Shown piece by piece: positions 63,601 to 64,000 of a stretch of 64,000 bases of DNA. The notes below the pieces were generated by a model. The model made no database searches and was not told the DNA's origin. It saw nothing but the letters and a program-made list of their open reading frames with translations. Both the position numbers and the translations under genes were made by a program. Where the stretch lies: contig JAQGDQ010000878.1 in assembly GCA_030141605.1 (NCBI GenBank), positions 1 to 64,000 on the forward strand. The letters run 5' to 3'. How positions within the stretch are numbered: position 1 is the first letter of the stretch; every line of letters begins with the position of its first letter. The stretch is from Tubiluchus corallicola (Eukaryota; Animalia; Priapulida).

Positions 63601-63863
63601 CCTTCAAGTCCTGTGCTAGATTGTGCAAAGTTTCTGATGACTGCTATTAAAATTTAACTTTTATAATTGTCAAATTTATAATGACATTCAACTCTTTCAT
63701 CAACTTACACTTTTTCTGGTACAGGTATGCTGGGCTCTATTTCCACCATTATTCAATTAATCTTCAACAGCGTTTGAATCAGTTTAAACGGCCAGGTGCA
63801 CAGCAGAGTGTCGAGTCAGACAGTGATGATGACGATGATGAACTGATGGAAACAGACGACCAG
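51607..63863 (+). CDS. Caspase-STING fusion protein (>=593 aa, 3' end beyond the window)
   Basis: Hand-assembled join(51607..51693,53696..53908,55264..55423,56583..56645,57704..57892,59797..59906,62554..62694,62908..63584,63725..63863). All introns are GT-AG with matching phases (0,0,1,1,1,0,0,2); 1779 nt, no stops. Confidence 0.82.
52757..53238 (+). mobile_element. hAT MITE, copy 1 of 3
   Basis: CAGGGGTGTGC...GCAAATCCCTG; near-identical to 55626-56086 and 60867-61349; TSD degenerate. Confidence 0.88.
53696..53908 (+). CDS. Caspase exon 2 (start of p20)
   Basis: VYPMDSTPRGYCLIINNVEF...RKGSDVDEVKLRSLFDQLGYVV...NLT. Confidence 0.93.
54583..55238. mobile_element. TIR non-autonomous DNA element (pogo-like)
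   Basis: GGGAGACTCGGGTAAAGTGGATCAC / GTGATCCACTTTGCCCGGGTCTCCC; internal GGGCAAAGTGGATC repeats. Confidence 0.75.
55264..55423 (+). CDS. Caspase exon 3 (catalytic His)
   Basis: QMLSVIETFAQDPKHASVDSCVVAMLTHG... Confidence 0.92.
55626..56086 (+). mobile_element. hAT MITE, copy 2 of 3
   Basis: TIR CAGGGGTGTGCAAATT; perfect 8-bp TSD ATCTAAAT. Confidence 0.92.
56583..56645 (+). CDS. Caspase exon 4 (catalytic Cys)
   Basis: HSAVHLSGKPKIFILQACRG. Confidence 0.95.
56763..57278 (+). mobile_element. 5'-truncated CR1-like LINE
   Basis: LRIGFSQLNYDLF..CNCG..ESVEHFLLHCPLY..LLFG..FI..TKRF* (ORF2 C-terminal Cys/His motif); flanked by 12-bp direct repeat TAACTACAAAAT. Confidence 0.85.
57704..57892 (+). 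CDS. Caspase exon 5 (inter-subunit linker, start of p10)
   Basis: Phase 1-1 open exon DESQEP...KLTQDSG...PIVGNTIVCRASVSG. Confidence 0.85.
58074..58432 (+). mobile_element. Solo LTR (359 bp)
   Basis: TGTTGTG...CACAACA termini, 5-bp TSD GTGGC, TATA-like TATATAA at ~58186, AATAAA at ~58359. Confidence 0.85.
59797..59906 (+). CDS. Caspase exon 6 (p10)
   Basis: GYASMRSETRGTWFIRKLVTEF...HIHELMTR. Confidence 0.93.
60867..61349 (-). mobile_element. hAT MITE, copy 3 of 3 (inverted)
   Basis: Reverse complement of copies 1 and 2; 8-bp TSD GTGTAAAG. Confidence 0.92.
62554..62694 (+). CDS. Caspase exon 7 (end of p10)
   Basis: VHRQV...QVPELESSLMTRLFFNPPL|GTAAGT (matches the caspase C-terminal Q.P...S.L...L.F motif). 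Confidence 0.9.
62908..63584 (+). CDS. Exon 8: STING-like ligand-binding domain
   Basis: LGTALAYWHWIGY, DMAGMKGRKY, VAVDYPTAIQAI and FHKTLQDIV parallel the STING motifs [34 protein letters not shown] and FCRTLEDIL in order. Confidence 0.8.
63725..63863 (+). CDS. Exon 9: start of a probable second STING-like domain + acidic loop
   Basis: Phase-2 join gives VGFLIAER|YAGLYFHHYSINLQQRLNQF...VESDSDDDDDELMETDDQ|GT. Confidence 0.65.
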
Positions 63864-64000
63864 GTGTGCAACATGTATAATCTTGCATCACTAATAGAAC
63901 TGTGTTGTTTATAGTATTAGTCTCTTTTAACTGCTGTGCTAATCCAGTGACTGCACATTGTAATGAAGAGATGTTAATAGTTAAATGTCTGATGTTTTTA

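Overview
AT-rich, intron-containing animal (invertebrate-like) genomic DNA; the taxon cannot be fixed from sequence alone. There are three protein-coding loci on the + strand, embedded among MITEs, LINE fragments, a solo LTR and satellites. (1) 3.9-33 kb: five alternative-looking first coding exons (signal peptide plus somatomedin-B-like Cys domain; four intact, one decayed), all intact ones ending in phase-1 donors. They are interleaved with 39 phase-1/1 calcium-binding EGF exons, 36 of which lie in two tandem arrays whose exons and introns are nearly identical. (2) 38.4-39.6 kb: endophilin-A with an uninterrupted coding exon. (3) 51.6 kb to the window end: a nine-exon (incomplete) gene that I assembled by hand with consistent GT-AG phases. 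It encodes a catalytically intact, prodomain-less caspase (LTHG, QACRG) spliced in frame to a STING-like cyclic-dinucleotide-binding domain, followed by what looks like the start of a second STING-like domain. This caspase-STING fusion is the standout candidate for a novel system. All domain calls are by-eye motif recognition; no database search was run.
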